Below are positions 41,603 through 43,854 of a DNA stretch of 43,854 nt, one piece after another. Where the stretch lies: assembly GCA_049698595.1 (NCBI GenBank), contig JBAVYC010000730.1, forward strand, positions 1-43,854. Reading direction: 5' to 3'. The translations under genes and the position numbers were made by a program. The notes beneath the pieces were generated by a model that worked only from the letters and a program-made list of their open reading frames with translations, ran no database searches and was not told where the DNA came from. Within the stretch, counting starts at the first letter, position 1; each line of letters begins with the position of its first letter. The stretch comes from Desulfobacterales bacterium (GTDB lineage: Bacteria > Desulfobacterota > Desulfobacteria > Desulfobacterales > JAFDCJ01).

Positions 41603-43000
41603 TTGTCTGCAAAAAAATCCGGTTCAACTGGAAAAAACGATAAGATATTAACCATTGCAGGAATGGAAGATGAAACCAGACGCCTTGCCGATGCTCTGGC
41701 AGCCGATTATCATATCAGCGTGGCGCCCAGTGTCCTGGATGCCGCCAAACGCCTGGCAAAAGAATCGTTTAGCGCCATAGTCCTTGACCTGACGGATAAC
41801 GGAACGGATATGGTCAACAGCCTTCAATCCCTGAACCAGCTTTCGCCGGATACTCCCGTCATTGTTATCGGAAAACCCCACGATACCCGGTTAATCGTGA
41901 AGGCCATTAAAGCCGGCGCCTTTGATTTTATAACCAGACCCTATCCACCGGAAAAAATCAAATTGTCGATTCATCAGGCTCTCGAAAACCGGAGCCTGAA
42001 AAATGAAATCGATTATCTGCGCCGGGAACAGGACGTTGTTTATGATTACAACCGAATAATTGCTGTCAGCCCGGCCATGCAAAACGTTATGAAGACCATT
42101 AAGCGGCTTGCTCAAACCGATTCCACCATCCTGGTTACGGGTGAGACCGGAACCGGCAAAAGCTTCTTATCCGGCAACATTCATTTCAACAGCCCCAGAC
42201 GCGACAAACCGTTTGTCGGGGTAAACTGCGCTAATATTCCGGAGACGCTGTTGGAAAGCGAACTTTTCGGTCATAATAAAGGTGCATTTACCGGGGCAGA
42301 CAAAACACGAACCGGACGATTTGAGCAGGCCAGCGGCGGCACAATCTTTCTGGATGAATTCTGTGAATTGAGTTTTGATTTGCAGGCTAAACTCTTAAGG
42401 GCCATCGAACAAAAATCATTCGAACGACTAGGCAGCAACAAAACGATCCAGGCTGACACACGCATCATTGCCGCCACCAATCGAGACATCGAAGCACTCG
42501 TGCGAATGGGTCAATTTCGCGAAGATCTCTACTACCGTATTAATGTGCTCAGAATCCACATGCCCCCGTTGCGTGAACGTTTGGAATGTATAGAGCCCCT
42601 GGCCAATTATCTTCTGGAAAAATTGAGTCGGTCAGTTAAAAAGAAAGTTGATTCATTTGCCCCGGATGTGATTGAAAGCTTCCAGCAATACCCCTGGCCC
42701 GGCAATATTCGCCAACTTTCAAATACCATCGAAAGAGCCATTTTATTGGAAGATGACAGGGTCATCCGGCAGGAAAGCATTTCCCTACCGGAAGTAGGTG
42801 ATAAGGCTTCTCCAGCCCTCCCGGCGGTTGGCCTCAGGCTGTCTGAAGATCAGGAAAAAGACATGATTTCCAGTGCTTTGGAAAAAAATCTGTGGATCCA
42901 GAAAGATGCCGCCCGCCAGTTGGGTATTACGCCGCGGGCCTTAAATTATCGCATCAATAAACTTGGAATTACTCATTCCCGCTGGCGTAAAAATAGATAG
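41603..43000 (+). CDS. Sigma54-dependent response regulator (NtrC family)
   Basis: REC-like N-terminus (VLDL, GAFDFI), GETGTGKS, GAFTGA, WPGNIRQL and a Fis HTH. Start codon is uncertain. Confidence 0.92.
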   Translation: MSAKKSGSTGKNDKILTIAGMEDETRRLADALAADYHISVAPSVLDAAKRLAKESFSAIVLDLTDNGTDMVNSLQSLNQLSPDTPVIVIGKPHDTRLIVKAIKAGAFDFITRPYPPEKIKLSIHQALENRSLKNEIDYLRREQDVVYDYNRIIAVSPAMQNVMKTIKRLAQTDSTILVTGETGTGKSFLSGNIHFNSPRRDKPFVGVNCANIPETLLESELFGHNKGAFTGADKTRTGRFEQASGGTIFLDEFCELSFDLQAKLLRAIEQKSFERLGSNKTIQADTRIIAATNRDIEALVRMGQFREDLYYRINVLRIHMPPLRERLECIEPLANYLLEKLSRSVKKKVDSFAPDVIESFQQYPWPGNIRQLSNTIERAILLEDDRVIRQESISLPEVGDKASPALPAVGLRLSEDQEKDMISSALEKNLWIQKDAARQLGITPRALNYRINKLGITHSRWRKNR

Positions 43001-43068
43001 CGCATTGAACGATTAGGGTTTGAGCAATAAAATACTCGAAGCATAGAGTCGCTTTGCAGTCCCCAAAA

Positions 43069-43102
43069 AAATCCGAAGGAGACATTATCATCCTTCGGAT
43101 TT
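43069..43102. terminator. Bidirectional intrinsic terminator
   Basis: Perfect 12-bp inverted repeat AAATCCGAAGGA / TCCTTCGGATTT with A/T-rich flanks, between convergent genes. Confidence 0.8.
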
Positions 43103-43108
43103 ATATTT

Positions 43109-43852
43109 TTATGACTTCCTCCATCCCTCCATTAAGCTCGTTTTACGACCTATCTTCCGGTGCCGCATAATTCTCAGAGAAATCTCAATTCCGATATATG
43201 CTAAAATCATCAGGATAAATGTTATCGACAATTCGCGGCTCCGGATTTCACTCCAGAAACTCGGCGCTTGCCTGTCGGAAGGCCGGGACTCGGCAGCTGA
43301 AATAAAACACATGCCGGTAGGATCCAGCTTTCCGGCAATATCCTCTACAAAAGAATCCGAACCGGAACTGTGATCGCTGGCCGTGCGCAGGGCGAGGGGG
43401 TCGATAATGACACCGTTTGCGATACCGTCCGCATCACCGAAGCCGCCGTCTGTCAGGGTCAAATAAGCCGTTTTTCGATCGGCGCTGAAATCCATGAACT
43501 CGGAATAATCAACCCATTCATCGTTTACCGGATCATATTTATACCATATTCCATCGTCGTAGGCCGCCTTGGAAAGATAAAGGGTCACCACGACTTCGTC
43601 TCCGGGTTCTTTGGCGAGCAAACTAAAATGAATCAGACCAAAGGCCAGAAATTTCGGTCCGTTGTGAGCGGAAAGAAGTAAATCGGTATCAGCGGGCGTT
43701 TCTGATTGGATGGACACAATTGACTCGGCCTTTTCAGCGTCCCGGATACTGAGACAGATCTTAAAATCTCCTGTCTCGGTGACAACGCACTTGATGTCTT
43801 CCTGGTCGCGGTCCATCATTCCGTCTTGATCCAGGTCAACAGTGGTATCCAC
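43109..43852 (-). CDS. C-terminal part of a surface protein (choice-of-anchor U-like domain, CFI-like motif, TM anchor); 5' end lies outside the window
   Basis: LTLTDGGFGDADGIANGVIIDP, a Ser/Gly linker, MCFISAA, a hydrophobic helix and a basic tail. The ORF is open to the window edge. Confidence 0.72.
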   Translation of the reverse strand: MDTTVDLDQDGMMDRDQEDIKCVVTETGDFKICLSIRDAEKAESIVSIQSETPADTDLLLSAHNGPKFLAFGLIHFSLLAKEPGDEVVVTLYLSKAAYDDGIWYKYDPVNDEWVDYSEFMDFSADRKTAYLTLTDGGFGDADGIANGVIIDPLALRTASDHSSGSDSFVEDIAGKLDPTGMCFISAAESRPSDRQAPSFWSEIRSRELSITFILMILAYIGIEISLRIMRHRKIGRKTSLMEGWRKS

Positions 43853-43854
43853 TT

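Overview
A gene-dense, mostly housekeeping window from what appears to be a sulfate-reducing Desulfobacterales-like bacterium (inferred from gene content). It holds about 30 CDSs, including ftsK, rnj, plsC, tmk, surE, lptD, a NusG paralog, IHF/HU, holB, a PSP1/RicT protein, metG, kdsB, pyrG, eno, a U32 protein, a sat-cysC fusion and two sigma54 activators. I saw no tRNA, rRNA, CRISPR array or transposase. Highlights the ORF track misses or does not explain: (1) a glycine-riboswitch-like RNA fold at about 36941-37017 with compensatory changes in the ligand-pocket helix, upstream of an unknown wHTH/coiled-coil gene, which is a candidate altered-ligand riboswitch; (2) a DsbA-like selenoprotein (UxxC plus SECIS hairpin) split into two ORFs at 31537-32415; (3) a cysteine synthase fused to a CysRS-like domain that has lost HIGH, KMSKS and two Zn ligands; (4) a double-length GlmS-like protein with an internal Ntn cysteine; (5) a family of intergenic fold-back elements with 8-nt periodic arms and a shared terminal motif; (6) a structured leader or sRNA with a terminator upstream of pyrG. 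All calls are by eye; no database searches were run.
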